Shown piece by piece: positions 43,413 through 53,364 of a DNA stretch of 64,000 bases (position 1 is the stretch's first letter; every line of letters starts with the position of its first letter). This DNA comes from an uncultured delta proteobacterium (GTDB lineage: Bacteria > Myxococcota > Myxococcia > Myxococcales > Myxococcaceae). The position numbers were made by a program, and so were the translations under genes. A model generated the notes under the pieces. That model ran no database searches, was not told where the DNA came from, and saw nothing but the letters and a program-made list of their open reading frames with translations. The stretch covers positions 312,884 through 376,883 of the forward strand of contig CAVZMH010000019.1 in assembly GCA_963776345.1 (NCBI GenBank), read 5' to 3'.

Positions 43413-46175
43413 ATGGGAAGAGGACCGCCGCCAGGACACCCCAGGTCTGCCGTGGCACCCGTATGGACTCTCCAGCCGGAGGAGATGCTCAACAGGTTCG
43501 AAACGCGTCGAGCCGGCCTCGAGTCCGCGGAGGTCGCACGACGGCTTCAGAGCGTTGGCCCTAACCGTCTACCAGAGAAGCCGCCCCAGTCTCCCTGGGC
43601 GCTCCTGCTCTCGCAGTTCAAGGGGTTCCTCAACCTGCTACTGCTGGTCGCGGCAGTGATTGCCTGGGCCATTGGAGACGTGAAAGACGCGCTGATGATC
43701 GGCGCGGTCACCTTGTTCAACGCCATTCTCGGCTTTGCCCAGGAGCATCGCGCGGAGCGCGCGCTGCTGGCGCTGAAGCGCATGGTGGCCTTCCGAGCAC
43801 GCGTCCGCCGCAGTGATCAGGTCAGAGAAGTCGGCGCCGACGAGCTGGTTCCGGGAGACATCGTGCTCCTGGAAGCCGGTGACCGCATACCCGCAGACGG
43901 CCGGATCCTCTTCGCCTCTTCTCTGGAGGTCGACGAGTCAGCACTCACCGGAGAATCAGCTCCCGTTCGGAAGCGAGCCGATGCCGCGCTGCCATTGGCG
44001 AGCGCGCTGGCCGAACGGGTCAATGTCGTCTTCATGAACTCGGTCGTCACGAGAGGCCGCGCCGAAGTCGGCGTCTCGGCTACCGGGAGCTTGACCGAGA
44101 TGGGGCGCATCGCGGGCATGCTCGAGGCGACCACGCAGGCCCCGACGCCTCTTCAGATCCAGCTCGACCACTTGGCGAAGCGCCTGGCGTTGGTCGCCCT
44201 CGTGGTCGTCGCGGTGATCTCGGTGTTCGAGCTGCTCCGCGGTGATTCCCTGGCGCAAATGGCGATCGAAGCCGTGACGCTCGCCGTCGCCGCCGTTCCC
44301 GAAGGGCTCCCTGCCGTCGTTACGGTCACGCTGGCTCTCGGCCTGCACCGAATGGCTCGCCACCAGGCGATCGTGAAGCGCATGGCAGCGGTCGAGACGC
44401 TCGGTTGTACGACCGTCATCTGCTCCGACAAGACTGGTACGCTGACGATGAACCAGATGACCGTGCGCGGGTTGTGGTTCGCCGGCCGCAGGTTCAGCGT
44501 TACGGGTGAGGGATACCGCTCCGAGGGTGCGATCCTGCCTCAAGGGCCCGTGGAGCTGGAAACCGACCTCCATCAACTCGTGCTCCCCATCGCGCTCTGT
44601 AACGACAGCCAGGTTCGTGACGGCGTGCTGGTCGGCGATCCTACCGAGGGGGCGCTGGTCACGCTCGTGACCAAGGCGGGACTCGACGTCGATCGCCTGC
44701 GCGCGGAGTTCCCGCGCATTGCCGAGGTGCCCTTCGAGTCCGAGCGCGGGTTCATGGCGACGTTTCACCCGGGCACTGCAGTGACTCGCGTCTTCGTGAA
44801 GGGCGCCCCGAGTGTGCTGCTCGAGCGCAGCACGACCATCCTCTCGTCGACCGGCCCTCTGCCGCTCGGCGAGGCCCAGAGGGAGGCGCTCCTCAGTGAG
44901 AACGACCGGCTCGCTGCAGGTGGGCTTCGTGTTCTTGCCGTGGCCACGCGAGAGCTGCCCATGAGCGAGATTGACCCGACCCACGACCTGACCGGCCTTG
45001 TCGGCGACCTCACCATCGTCGGCCTCGTCGGCATGATGGATCCGCCGCGAGCCGAGGCGCGCGAGGCGATCAAGCTGTGCAAGGGAGCGGGGATCTCGGT
45101 GAAGATGATCACCGGTGACCAGCGCGCCACTGCCGTCGCGATCGCGAGTGCCCTTGGCCTCGAGGGGAACGCCGTCACCGGAGCCGATCTCGATCGGATG
45201 GACGATGCAACGTTGACCTCCGTCTTGCCGAGCGTCGCGGTCTTCGCGCGTGTCGCGCCCGAGCACAAGCTCAGGATCGTGACCGCGCTGCAGGCCCGAC
45301 GAGGCGTCGTCGCCATGACGGGCGACGGGGTGAACGATGCCCCGGCGCTTCGCAGGGCCGACATCGGCGTCGCCATGGGCTCGGGAACGGAGGTTGCCAA
45401 GGAAGCCGCGAGCATGGTCCTGACGGACGACAACTTCGCTACCATCGTTCGCTCAATTCACGAAGGCCGCGCCATCTATGACAACATCGTCAAGTTCGTA
45501 CGTTTCCAGCTCTCGACGAACATGGGGGCGGTCCTCACCGTCTTCGTCGCCCCTTTCCTCGGGATGATCTCACCACTGGGACCGGCACAGATCCTCTGGG
45601 TGGCGATGATCTCGGATGGCCCGCCGGCCATCGCTCTGGGCCTCGACACTGCCCGTGCAGGCATCATGAGTGAGCCGCCGAGGGAACCCGACGCGCGAAT
45701 TCTGACCTGGCGCACTCTCGCCAAGTTGCTGTTCTTCGGTGCAATCATGGCGACCGGGACCTTGGCGGTGCTTCGCTGGGGCGGCGCGGCAACGCCCGAG
45801 CGCGCGTCGACGATGGCCTTCACCACCTTCGTCCTCTTCCAGGTATTCAACGTCTTCAACGTCCGCTCTGGAAACGGCAGCACGTTTAGCCGCAACATGT
45901 TCACCAACGTTCAGCTCTGGCTCGCGCTCGGAGCCGTCGTCGCACTGCAGATTGCGAGCGTCTATTGGCCCCCGCTCCAGGGCATGTTCGGGTCCACAGC
46001 TCTTGGGATCTCTGAGTGGGCGACCTGCGTCGGCATCTCATCGACCGTGCTCGTTACCGAGGAACTGCGAAAGGTTGGTACGCGCGGGCTCCGCGCGACT
46101 ACTGGGTGGGGCAAGTCGCCGGGACGGCAGAGTGGCGTGAGATCGGACAAGGACGCGCCCAAAGAGAGCCAGTGA
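43413..46175 (+). CDS. P2-type cation-transporting P-type ATPase
   Basis: TGES, PEGL, DKTGT, KGAP, MITGD, GDGVNDAPAL; start uncertain (43413 or 43485). Confidence 0.93.
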   Translation: MGRGPPPGHPRSAVAPVWTLQPEEMLNRFETRRAGLESAEVARRLQSVGPNRLPEKPPQSPWALLLSQFKGFLNLLLLVAAVIAWAIGDVKDALMIGAVTLFNAILGFAQEHRAERALLALKRMVAFRARVRRSDQVREVGADELVPGDIVLLEAGDRIPADGRILFASSLEVDESALTGESAPVRKRADAALPLASALAERVNVVFMNSVVTRGRAEVGVSATGSLTEMGRIAGMLEATTQAPTPLQIQLDHLAKRLALVALVVVAVISVFELLRGDSLAQMAIEAVTLAVAAVPEGLPAVVTVTLALGLHRMARHQAIVKRMAAVETLGCTTVICSDKTGTLTMNQMTVRGLWFAGRRFSVTGEGYRSEGAILPQGPVELETDLHQLVLPIALCNDSQVRDGVLVGDPTEGALVTLVTKAGLDVDRLRAEFPRIAEVPFESERGFMATFHPGTAVTRVFVKGAPSVLLERSTTILSSTGPLPLGEAQREALLSENDRLAAGGLRVLAVATRELPMSEIDPTHDLTGLVGDLTIVGLVGMMDPPRAEAREAIKLCKGAGISVKMITGDQRATAVAIASALGLEGNAVTGADLDRMDDATLTSVLPSVAVFARVAPEHKLRIVTALQARRGVVAMTGDGVNDAPALRRADIGVAMGSGTEVAKEAASMVLTDDNFATIVRSIHEGRAIYDNIVKFVRFQLSTNMGAVLTVFVAPFLGMISPLGPAQILWVAMISDGPPAIALGLDTARAGIMSEPPREPDARILTWRTLAKLLFFGAIMATGTLAVLRWGGAATPERASTMAFTTFVLFQVFNVFNVRSGNGSTFSRNMFTNVQLWLALGAVVALQIASVYWPPLQGMFGSTALGISEWATCVGISSTVLVTEELRKVGTRGLRATTGWGKSPGRQSGVRSDKDAPKESQ

Positions 46176-46280
46176 GGTTTGCTCGGATACAGGCGGAGCA
46201 GCCAGCAGCCCCGGGATCCGTCAGGTGCAGGCTCCTCGGTGTCTCCAGCGCCGGCGACTACGCTTGGCGGAGACGCGGCG

Positions 46281-46352
46281 CTCCAGATCGCCGCCATTCA
46301 CCAAGAGAGCCGCAGGACCTACGGGAGCCCTCGTGTCCACGCGGAGCTTCGC
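46281..46352 (+). mobile_element. IS3-family transposase remnant
   Basis: LQIAAIHQESRRTYGSPRVHAELR matches the IS3 OrfB HTH motif (YG.PR...EL); the rest of the transposase is absent. Confidence 0.7.
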
Positions 46353-46398
46353 TTCGCGGCCGAGCCGTCAGCCTCAGCGGCCCGGACCGACGCGGCCG

Positions 46399-46956
46399 TC
46401 AGTGGGCGGCGGTGCGCTCAAATTCTGGCCGCAGGAGCCCGAAGACGAGGAGGTCTTCGCGGCTCCCGTCCTCGTTCAGCGTGCGGTCGCGGAGACGGCC
46501 CTCCTCGCGGAACCCGAGCCGCTCGACGAGTCGAATCGAGGCGTCATTTCCGGGGTCGATGCGCGCCTCCATCCGATGCAGCCCCAGCGCCTCGAAGCCG
46601 TGCCGGACCAGCGTCGGGAGCACCTCGCGCATCAGCCCCTGGCCCCAGCGGGCGCGCGCGAGCACGTAGCCCAGCTCCGCGGACTGGTGCGGCACGTCCC
46701 AGCGGAAGAACCCGAGGTACGCGACCGCGCGGTCGGCGCCGGGATCGGTCAGGACCCAGAAGGCCGCCTCGCCGCGTCCGATGTCCTCGATCATCTTCGA
46801 GACGCGCGTCTGGACCTGCTCCAGCGTCTGCGGCGGACGGCCCAGGTAACGGACCGCCTGCGGATCGGCGTAGATGTCGAGCAGCGCCTCGGCGTCCTCG
46901 AGGCGAACCTCACGGAGCCGGGCGCGGGGAGTGTGCAGCTCCGGGACGGGGGCCAT
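46399..46956 (-). CDS. RimJ/RimL-type GNAT acetyltransferase
   Basis: AELGYVL..RWGQGLM.E, NDASIRLVERLGFREEG. Confidence 0.88.
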   Translation of the reverse strand: MAPVPELHTPRARLREVRLEDAEALLDIYADPQAVRYLGRPPQTLEQVQTRVSKMIEDIGRGEAAFWVLTDPGADRAVAYLGFFRWDVPHQSAELGYVLARARWGQGLMREVLPTLVRHGFEALGLHRMEARIDPGNDASIRLVERLGFREEGRLRDRTLNEDGSREDLLVFGLLRPEFERTAAH

Positions 46957-46967
46957 CGGGGGCTGCG

Positions 46968-47288
46968 TCAGGCCGCGGTCTCGGCGCCCTTGCGGTAGGT
47001 CTCGGCCTCGTGCTTCTCGCACAGGCCGTGGCGCACGGCCTTCAGCCGGCACTCGGTCTTGCTGCAGGTCCGGTAGCGGCTGTGCGGCAGGTCGCCCTGA
47101 CGCCACTTCTTGAAGTGGAAGTAGCAGTAGCCCTTGGCGCGGTAGGGGCGCTTGCATCCCGCGACGCTGCAGGCCTGGTCCCCGCCGCCCTTGGCGCGTC
47201 GTGCCCAGCCCTTGGGCTTGGCGGTGGTCGTCTTGGACTTGGTCTTGGTGGTGGTCTTCGCGGTGGTCTTGGTGGTGGTCTTGGCCAT
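46968..47288 (-). CDS. Small basic protein with two CX4CX10CX2H Zn-finger-like repeats (myxobacterial 'vegetative protein'-like)
   Basis: CSVAGCKRPYRAKGYCYFH and CSKTECRLKAVRHGLCEKH; Lys/Thr-rich N-terminal tail. Confidence 0.7.
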   Translation of the reverse strand: MAKTTTKTTAKTTTKTKSKTTTAKPKGWARRAKGGGDQACSVAGCKRPYRAKGYCYFHFKKWRQGDLPHSRYRTCSKTECRLKAVRHGLCEKHEAETYRKGAETAA

Positions 47289-47357
47289 CGGCCGCTCCAT
47301 AGCGGGCCGGTGCCGGGTGCTGCAAGCAGCGGGCGCGGGAAGGGGTTGACACCGACG

Positions 47358-49448
47358 ATGCCGGACGTCGATCCACAGCGGGCCATCGCCGAGGAGGAGG
47401 CCCTCCTGGAGCGTGTGCGGACGGCGCTCGCCTCGACGCAGGCCCGGCGCGCCCGGGCGACGGGCCCGAGCCGCGAGACGCTGCAGACGCTGCGCGAGGA
47501 CGCCGCCAGCGCGCGCGAGGAGGACGCCGCGCCGCTGCTCCACGAGCTCGCCGTCCAGCACCAGCTCGGCGGGCGCGCCCCGCCGACGCTCCCGGACCCC
47601 GCATCTCCGTACGTCGCGCACCTGGCCATCCGCGAGGACGGTCGCCGCCGCGACTACCTCCTCGGGCACTCCACCTTCGTGGACGCCGAGGCGGACGTCT
47701 GGGTCGTCGACTGGCGCGTCGCTCCGGTCGCGCAGCTGTTCTATCGGTACCGCGAGGGCGACCCGTTCGAGGAGTCCTTCCCCGGCCGCGAGGCGAGCGG
47801 CGTGGTGGAGGTCCGCCGGGTCCTGGTCGTGCACCGGGGCCGGCTCCTCCAGATCCTCGGCGAGGGGTTCCAGGCGCGGCGACGGCCGGACGGGAGCTGG
47901 AGCATCGGCGGATCCGAGGCGCTGGCCGGAGGCGGAGCGGGCACCGCGCCGCGGGCCGGGCACCTGGGCCTCGGCATCGGCGCGGAGGAGCGCGGGACGC
48001 GGGCGGACGTCACCGCGCTGCTCGACGCCGACCAGTACGCCGCGGTCCGCGCGCCGGCGGACGAGCCGCTGGTGGTCCTCGGGAGCGCCGGGAGCGGCAA
48101 GACGACCGTGGCGCTGCACCGGCTGGCGCGCCTGTCCGCCGCCGAGCCGGAGCGGGTCCCGCTCGCACGCGCGCGGGTGGTGGTGCCCGAGGAGGGCCTC
48201 GCCCGGCTGTCCTCGCGGCTGCTCGCGCCCCTCGGTGGCGGTGCGGCGCGGGTGCAGACGCTCGACGCGGCGTTCCTCGAGCTGGGCCGCCGCGTGTTCG
48301 GGCCGCTGCCCCGCATCGTCGACGACCCGCCGGCGCTGGTCACCGCGGTGAAGCGCCATCCCGCGCTGTACGACGCGCTCCGGCTGCGGCTCGGGAACCG
48401 GCGCGGGAAGGGCGCCCCGAGCTGGCGGCGGCTGCGGCGCGAGCTGTCGGTGCCGCTCACCGACCGGACCTTTCTCCAGGGCGTCGTCGAGCGGGCCGGT
48501 GGCTCATTGCCCCGGACCGTGGTGGAGGAGACGGTCCGGCACACGATGCGGCAGCTCGCCGATCCGTCGAGCCACTTCCTCGCCTCCATCACCGACGAGT
48601 CCCGCAAGGAGGCGATGGACGGGCGGCCCCTCGACGAGGGCACCGAGGACGCGCTCGCGGGGACGCTGGACGTCGAGGACCTGCCGCTCCTCCTCGCGGT
48701 CGCTGCGTGGCGGGGACGGCTCTCCCTGCCGGAGGCGTCGCACCTGGTCCTCGACGAGGCGGAGGACTTCTCGCTGTTCGACCTCGAGACCCTGGCCAGC
48801 CTGCTCCGCGGCACGCGCTCGGTGACGGTCGCCGGGGACGAGGCGCAGCAGACGTCTCCCAGCTTCGCCGGGTGGGATCGCGCGCTGGAGACGCTCGGAG
48901 CCGCCGGCGCGGCCCGGGTCCGGCTCCCGGTCTCGTACCGCTGCCCGCGGCCCATCGCCGACCTGGCGCGGGCGATCCTCGGACCGCTCGCCCCGGCGCA
49001 GTCCGCCCGGGCGGCACGCGACGGCGCTCCGGTGGGCCGGTTCAGCTTCCCGGGCGAGCCACAGGCGCACCTGTTCCTCGCGGGCGCGCTGCGCGAGCTG
49101 CTCGAGTCCGAGCCCCACGCGGCGGTGGCGGTCATCTGCCACGACGCGGGCACCGCCCGGCGCGTGGCGGCCGTGGTCTCGGAGCTGCCGACCAGCCGTC
49201 TGGTCCTCGACGGGCGCTTCAGCTTCGAGCCCGGGCTGGACGTCACCGACGTGGACAGCGTGAAGGGCCTGGAGTGGGACTACGTGGTGGTGCCGGACGC
49301 GGTCGAGTCGGCCTGGCCGCTCTCCGACGACGGGCGGCGGCGCCTGCACGTGGCGGTGACGCGCGCGTCCTGGCAGCTGTGGCTCGTGTCTCCCGGCACG
49401 CCGACCCGGCTGCTGCCCGTCGATGGGTCCTCAGCGCCCTCGCCCTAG
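47358..49448 (+). CDS. HelD-like SF1 helicase/ATPase
   Basis: VDWRVAPVA..FY, GSAGSGKTTVALHRLA, LDEAED, GDEAQ, SYRC, KGLEWD, LHVAVTRA. Confidence 0.8.
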   Translation: MPDVDPQRAIAEEEALLERVRTALASTQARRARATGPSRETLQTLREDAASAREEDAAPLLHELAVQHQLGGRAPPTLPDPASPYVAHLAIREDGRRRDYLLGHSTFVDAEADVWVVDWRVAPVAQLFYRYREGDPFEESFPGREASGVVEVRRVLVVHRGRLLQILGEGFQARRRPDGSWSIGGSEALAGGGAGTAPRAGHLGLGIGAEERGTRADVTALLDADQYAAVRAPADEPLVVLGSAGSGKTTVALHRLARLSAAEPERVPLARARVVVPEEGLARLSSRLLAPLGGGAARVQTLDAAFLELGRRVFGPLPRIVDDPPALVTAVKRHPALYDALRLRLGNRRGKGAPSWRRLRRELSVPLTDRTFLQGVVERAGGSLPRTVVEETVRHTMRQLADPSSHFLASITDESRKEAMDGRPLDEGTEDALAGTLDVEDLPLLLAVAAWRGRLSLPEASHLVLDEAEDFSLFDLETLASLLRGTRSVTVAGDEAQQTSPSFAGWDRALETLGAAGAARVRLPVSYRCPRPIADLARAILGPLAPAQSARAARDGAPVGRFSFPGEPQAHLFLAGALRELLESEPHAAVAVICHDAGTARRVAAVVSELPTSRLVLDGRFSFEPGLDVTDVDSVKGLEWDYVVVPDAVESAWPLSDDGRRRLHVAVTRASWQLWLVSPGTPTRLLPVDGSSAPSP

Positions 49449-49466
49449 ATGAGCCGGCGCTTCTCG

Positions 49467-49739
49467 TCAGTGGCTGCTGCGCTTGGCGATGATCCGGTCG
49501 AGCGCGGCGCGGTCCTCGTCGCTGTGCCGCTCGCGCGGTTTCTGAGGCTGCCCCAGCGCGCCGCGGGCCCGGTCGACGGCGTCGTCCGTGCGGTCGCGCA
49601 GCCAGTCGCTGGCCTCGGAGCTCCGCCACGCCGAGCGGGCGTACGCGAGCGGGGTCCTCCCGCCGACCTCGACCGTCGCCACCGCGATGCCCGCGCCGAC
49701 CGCCACCACCGTCCACACGCAGGTCCGAACGAAGCCCAT
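49467..49739 (-). CDS. Small membrane-anchored hypothetical protein
   Basis: N-terminal hydrophobic segment, GGAGG SD, host-like codon use. Confidence 0.65.
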   Translation of the reverse strand: MGFVRTCVWTVVAVGAGIAVATVEVGGRTPLAYARSAWRSSEASDWLRDRTDDAVDRARGALGQPQKPRERHSDEDRAALDRIIAKRSSH

Positions 49740-49937
49740 GAGACCTCCCGGACGTTTGTCTTACATCGACATACTCAGGCCCACAAAGAACTGGCCCGAC
49801 GTCTCCTCGGAGGTCCTCGGAGGTGTCAGACACCTCGTTTTATCCTTGAACTCCAGCCACTTGGACCACGCCGCTGACCGCCTGGGCCGGGAGGGTCTTC
49901 CCCGGCGCAGCCGGATGGGGCAAGTGACAGGGAGCTC

Positions 49938-50990
49938 GTGACCCCCGACCAGGCCTCCGCCGCAGCCGTCGAACGGGCCCGTGCGCTGGGGCCGCCGCCG
50001 CCCGGCCCCGGGCCCCTGGACGCCTTCCGGACCGAGAGCACCGAGTGGCTGACCCGCATCCCCGAGCCCCCGCTCTACCCACGCGCGGACGATCCGGCCC
50101 GTGCCCGCGCCGCCGAGCTCCTCGAGGAAGGCATCGGGCTGCTCGGCCGCGGCCTGGCCCTCCAGGAAGCGAGACGTCTCGAGGACGCTGACTTGCCGCT
50201 GGTGCGCGCGGTCCAGGCGCACGCCGAGGCACTGGCCTCCACCACCGAGGGCCGCATCGCCCAGGCAGAGGAGTCCTGGGCCCGCGCCAGCCTCCTCGAG
50301 CGCGAGAGCCGCACCCGCCGCCGCGCCTGGTTCCGGGAGGACGAGGTGGAACGTCCGGTGTGGGACGCGGGAAGCCGGGTCTCCCGCTACGACCCGCGGC
50401 CGGCCCCCACCGTCCGCGCCCGCATCGCCTGCGCCAACCCCGGGTGCAGGGTGGAGCAGGAAGTCAGCCTCCCCCCGACGTACGCACTGCACGCCTTCAC
50501 CTGCATCCGCTGCCGGCAGCCGTTCTCCGCCTACCTCGCCGAGTCACGCGAGGTCCGCTCCACGGCCGCACCGTTCGGCCGGAGACTCTCGTTCCGGCTC
50601 GAGCCGCTCGGCGGGGGCGCCTCGCGCGTCGAGTTCGACGACGCCTCGCCCGAGCCGTTCCACGCCGCCCGCGGAGATCTGCTCGCCTTCCTCTACACGG
50701 AAGGGCCGGTGCTCCGCGGGGTCACCAACCTCTCCTCCGGCCGGACGCTCTGGCGGCGCCGGACCGGCCCTTGCTGGATCGCCACCCAGGCCTACGGCGA
50801 GGGCGCATCCGAGCTCGACGTCCTCCGGACGTTCCGGGACGAGGTCCTGCTGCCAACGAGGATGGGCCGGGCCGCCGTCGCGTGTTACGACCGGAGCTCG
50901 CCCTGGATGGTCCGGTGGCTCGCGCATCGACCGCGGACCCGGGCGCTGGTCCGGCGGGGACTGGACGCGCTGGTGCGGAGGCTCGCGTGA
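49938..50990 (+). CDS. Zn-ribbon protein with C-terminal CFI-box-CTERM-like domain
   Basis: CANPGC...CIRC; CWIATQAYG...VLRTFRDEVL...GRA.V..Y...SP. Confidence 0.7.
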   Translation: MTPDQASAAAVERARALGPPPPGPGPLDAFRTESTEWLTRIPEPPLYPRADDPARARAAELLEEGIGLLGRGLALQEARRLEDADLPLVRAVQAHAEALASTTEGRIAQAEESWARASLLERESRTRRRAWFREDEVERPVWDAGSRVSRYDPRPAPTVRARIACANPGCRVEQEVSLPPTYALHAFTCIRCRQPFSAYLAESREVRSTAAPFGRRLSFRLEPLGGGASRVEFDDASPEPFHAARGDLLAFLYTEGPVLRGVTNLSSGRTLWRRRTGPCWIATQAYGEGASELDVLRTFRDEVLLPTRMGRAAVACYDRSSPWMVRWLAHRPRTRALVRRGLDALVRRLA

Positions 50991-51577
50991 CGACGAACGG
51001 AGGATCGGAGGAGACCGCGGGCGGGGTGGCCGAGGCCGCTCCGCGACGGTTCCCGGTGCTGCCCGTGGCGCTGCTCGCGCTGGGCATCGCCGGGCTCCTC
51101 TGGTCCGGCATCCAGGAGGCGCGCCGGGCGCGTCCGGCGATCACCGGCCAGCAGGAGGCGCCGCCGTTTCGCCTGGAGAAGTTCGGTGGCGGCTCCATCA
51201 GCTCGTCCGAGCTCCGGGGCAAGGTGGTGATGCTCGACTTCTGGGCCACCTGGTGCGGGCCGTGCATCTCCGAGATGCCCACCCTGCTCAAGCTCGCCGG
51301 CGAGTTCGAGCCGCGCGGCGTGGTCTTCCTCGCCGCCAGCCGCGACGAGCCCAGCGTGGCCAAGGTGCAGGTGGGGATGTTCATCGACCAGCGCGCGCCG
51401 GCCCTGGCTCGCTATGCCGCCTTCGCCGACGACGGCACCGCGGACGCGTTCGCGGTCTCGGCCATCCCGACGATGGTGCTCATCGACCGGAAGGGGCAGC
51501 TCCAGGCGAGCTACCTCGGCGCGGCCAGCGAGCGTGCCTGGCGGGCCCGCATCGAGGCGGTGCTGGCCCGGGACTGA
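50987..51577 (+). CDS. TlpA/ResA-family membrane-anchored thioredoxin
   Basis: TM helix, DFWATWCGPC, IPTMVLIDRKG. Confidence 0.9.
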   Translation: MTTNGGSEETAGGVAEAAPRRFPVLPVALLALGIAGLLWSGIQEARRARPAITGQQEAPPFRLEKFGGGSISSSELRGKVVMLDFWATWCGPCISEMPTLLKLAGEFEPRGVVFLAASRDEPSVAKVQVGMFIDQRAPALARYAAFADDGTADAFAVSAIPTMVLIDRKGQLQASYLGAASERAWRARIEAVLARD

Positions 51578-51621
51578 GCAAGGACGCGCGGCGGATCGAG
51601 CCCTGCGTCCCGCCGGCAGCC

Positions 51622-53244
51622 TCACTTCGCCGGCTTGCCGGCCTCCTCGTCCAGGAGCCGGAACTCGACCCGCCGGTTCTTCGCCCGGCCGAGCGCCGTG
51701 GCGTTGTCGGCGATGGGCCGCTCGAAGCCGAAGCCGGCGCTGACCAGGCGCTTCTTGGCGATGCCGTGCTGCGCCAGGTACTCGACCACCGACGCTGCCC
51801 GCCGGCGCGAGAGGTCCAGGTTGTACGGGGCGGTGCCCCGGTTGTCGGTGTGCCCCTCGACGCGCACGTGCTTCAGCTGCGGGTTCTTGGACAGCACATC
51901 CACCACCTCGTCCAGCAGCGGGAACGACTCGGGCTTGATGATCGCCTTGTCGGTGTCGAAGTGGACGCTGCCGTTCAGGCGCACCCGGTCGGACTCGAGC
52001 GTCACCAGCGGGCCCTTCACCGGGCAGCCGTCGTTCTCCGCCGGCCCCGGCTCGTCGGGGCACTTGTCCTCGGGGTCGGGGATGCCGTCCCCGTCCCGGT
52101 CGGGGCAGCCGTCGAGCTCGCGGGTGCCAGGCTCGCGCGGGCATCGGTCGTCGACGTTGGGGATGCCGTCCTTGTCCCAGTCGAGGTCGGGGCAGCCGTC
52201 CGGTCCGTCGCCGGGCTCGTCGGGGCAGCGGTCCAGCTCGTCGGGCACGCCGTCGTGATCGCGGTCCCGGATGGGGACGGGCGGCGGCTCGGGCTCGAAC
52301 TCGTACCGGACGGAGGCGAGCATCCGGAACGCCTCGCGGCCGTATCCGGCGGTGCTGGCGACCCCGCGGCCGACCGCGATCTCGCCGCCCCAGTGCTTGC
52401 TGAACAGCGTGCGCGCGCCGATCAGGAACTCCCAGGGCGTGGTGGCGGAGGCGCTGCTCGTGCCGATGTTCCCGGCGAACGGCTCCGAGAGCGGGGTGGA
52501 GAACGTGGTCTCGGCGATGAGCTCGGGGCGCCGGAAGACCTTCCCGGTGGGCAGCGTCCAGATGACCGCGCCGCCGCCGGTCAGCTCGTTCTCCACGATG
52601 AGCTGCAGGTAGCGCGCGGTGCTCCGGTAGCGGAGACCGACGTCGAGCAGCAGCCGCACCGGCCCGAAGGCGTGCTCGACGTTGACCCGGGGGGCGAAGA
52701 TGAAGTCGCGTCCGCCGAGGAAGCTGTCGGCGCTCCCGGTGGGGAAGCGCAGCTCGGGCACGAAGGCCACGTCCACCGGGAGCTTCCAGCTGGCCGGGGT
52801 GAAGAGCCGCGGGACGAGGCGGATGTCACCCAGGCCGCCGGAGACGGGCGTCGAGACCGGCGGCCCGAACGCGCCGGCGATCTCCTCGAAGTTGTCGCCC
52901 TGGGCGAAGGTGACCTGGAGGTCTCCGCCGAGCTCGAGGAAGGGGAGCACCGTCCAGGCGCCCATCAGGTGCCCGTCCACCCGCCAGGGGATGAAGTTGC
53001 CCTTCTTCTGGTCGCCGTCCCGGTAGGCGAGGATCTGCACGTTCCAGTCGAGCAGCAGCTCGCCGTGCCAGCTCCCGGCCGGCGCCGCGCGCGCGCCCTC
53101 GACCACGAAGGCGGAGGAGGACAGCGGCGTGGCCTTCTGCGGGACGGCGTCGAACCCGCGGACGTAGGGATCGGGGAGCTGGGCGGCCGCCGGCACCGCG
53201 GCGAGCGCGGCGACGAGTCCGGCCGTGAGCGCGGCACCCCTCAT
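51622..53244 (-). CDS. Outer-membrane beta-barrel + thrombospondin type 3 repeats + OmpA C-terminal domain
   Basis: Signal peptide; DRDxDGxPDxxDxCP repeats; VEGHTD...NLDLSRRRA...NRRVEF. Confidence 0.88.
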   Translation of the reverse strand: MRGAALTAGLVAALAAVPAAAQLPDPYVRGFDAVPQKATPLSSSAFVVEGARAAPAGSWHGELLLDWNVQILAYRDGDQKKGNFIPWRVDGHLMGAWTVLPFLELGGDLQVTFAQGDNFEEIAGAFGPPVSTPVSGGLGDIRLVPRLFTPASWKLPVDVAFVPELRFPTGSADSFLGGRDFIFAPRVNVEHAFGPVRLLLDVGLRYRSTARYLQLIVENELTGGGAVIWTLPTGKVFRRPELIAETTFSTPLSEPFAGNIGTSSASATTPWEFLIGARTLFSKHWGGEIAVGRGVASTAGYGREAFRMLASVRYEFEPEPPPVPIRDRDHDGVPDELDRCPDEPGDGPDGCPDLDWDKDGIPNVDDRCPREPGTRELDGCPDRDGDGIPDPEDKCPDEPGPAENDGCPVKGPLVTLESDRVRLNGSVHFDTDKAIIKPESFPLLDEVVDVLSKNPQLKHVRVEGHTDNRGTAPYNLDLSRRRAASVVEYLAQHGIAKKRLVSAGFGFERPIADNATALGRAKNRRVEFRLLDEEAGKPAK

Positions 53245-53323
53245 TCGGACAAGGGTTATCGCAACTCGGGGCACTTCCGGAGAAATCGGCCACTTGCGAG
53301 GTGGGAGTGACTCCCACCTCGGG

Positions 53324-53351
53324 TTGACCCCGGCGGGCCAGCGGTTACTGT
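53324..53351 (+). promoter_or_regulatory. Sigma70-type promoter of ssrA
   Basis: TTGACC-N16-TACTGT, 13 nt before the mature 5' end. Confidence 0.55.
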
Positions 53352-53364
53352 GAAGGTTGCTGAA

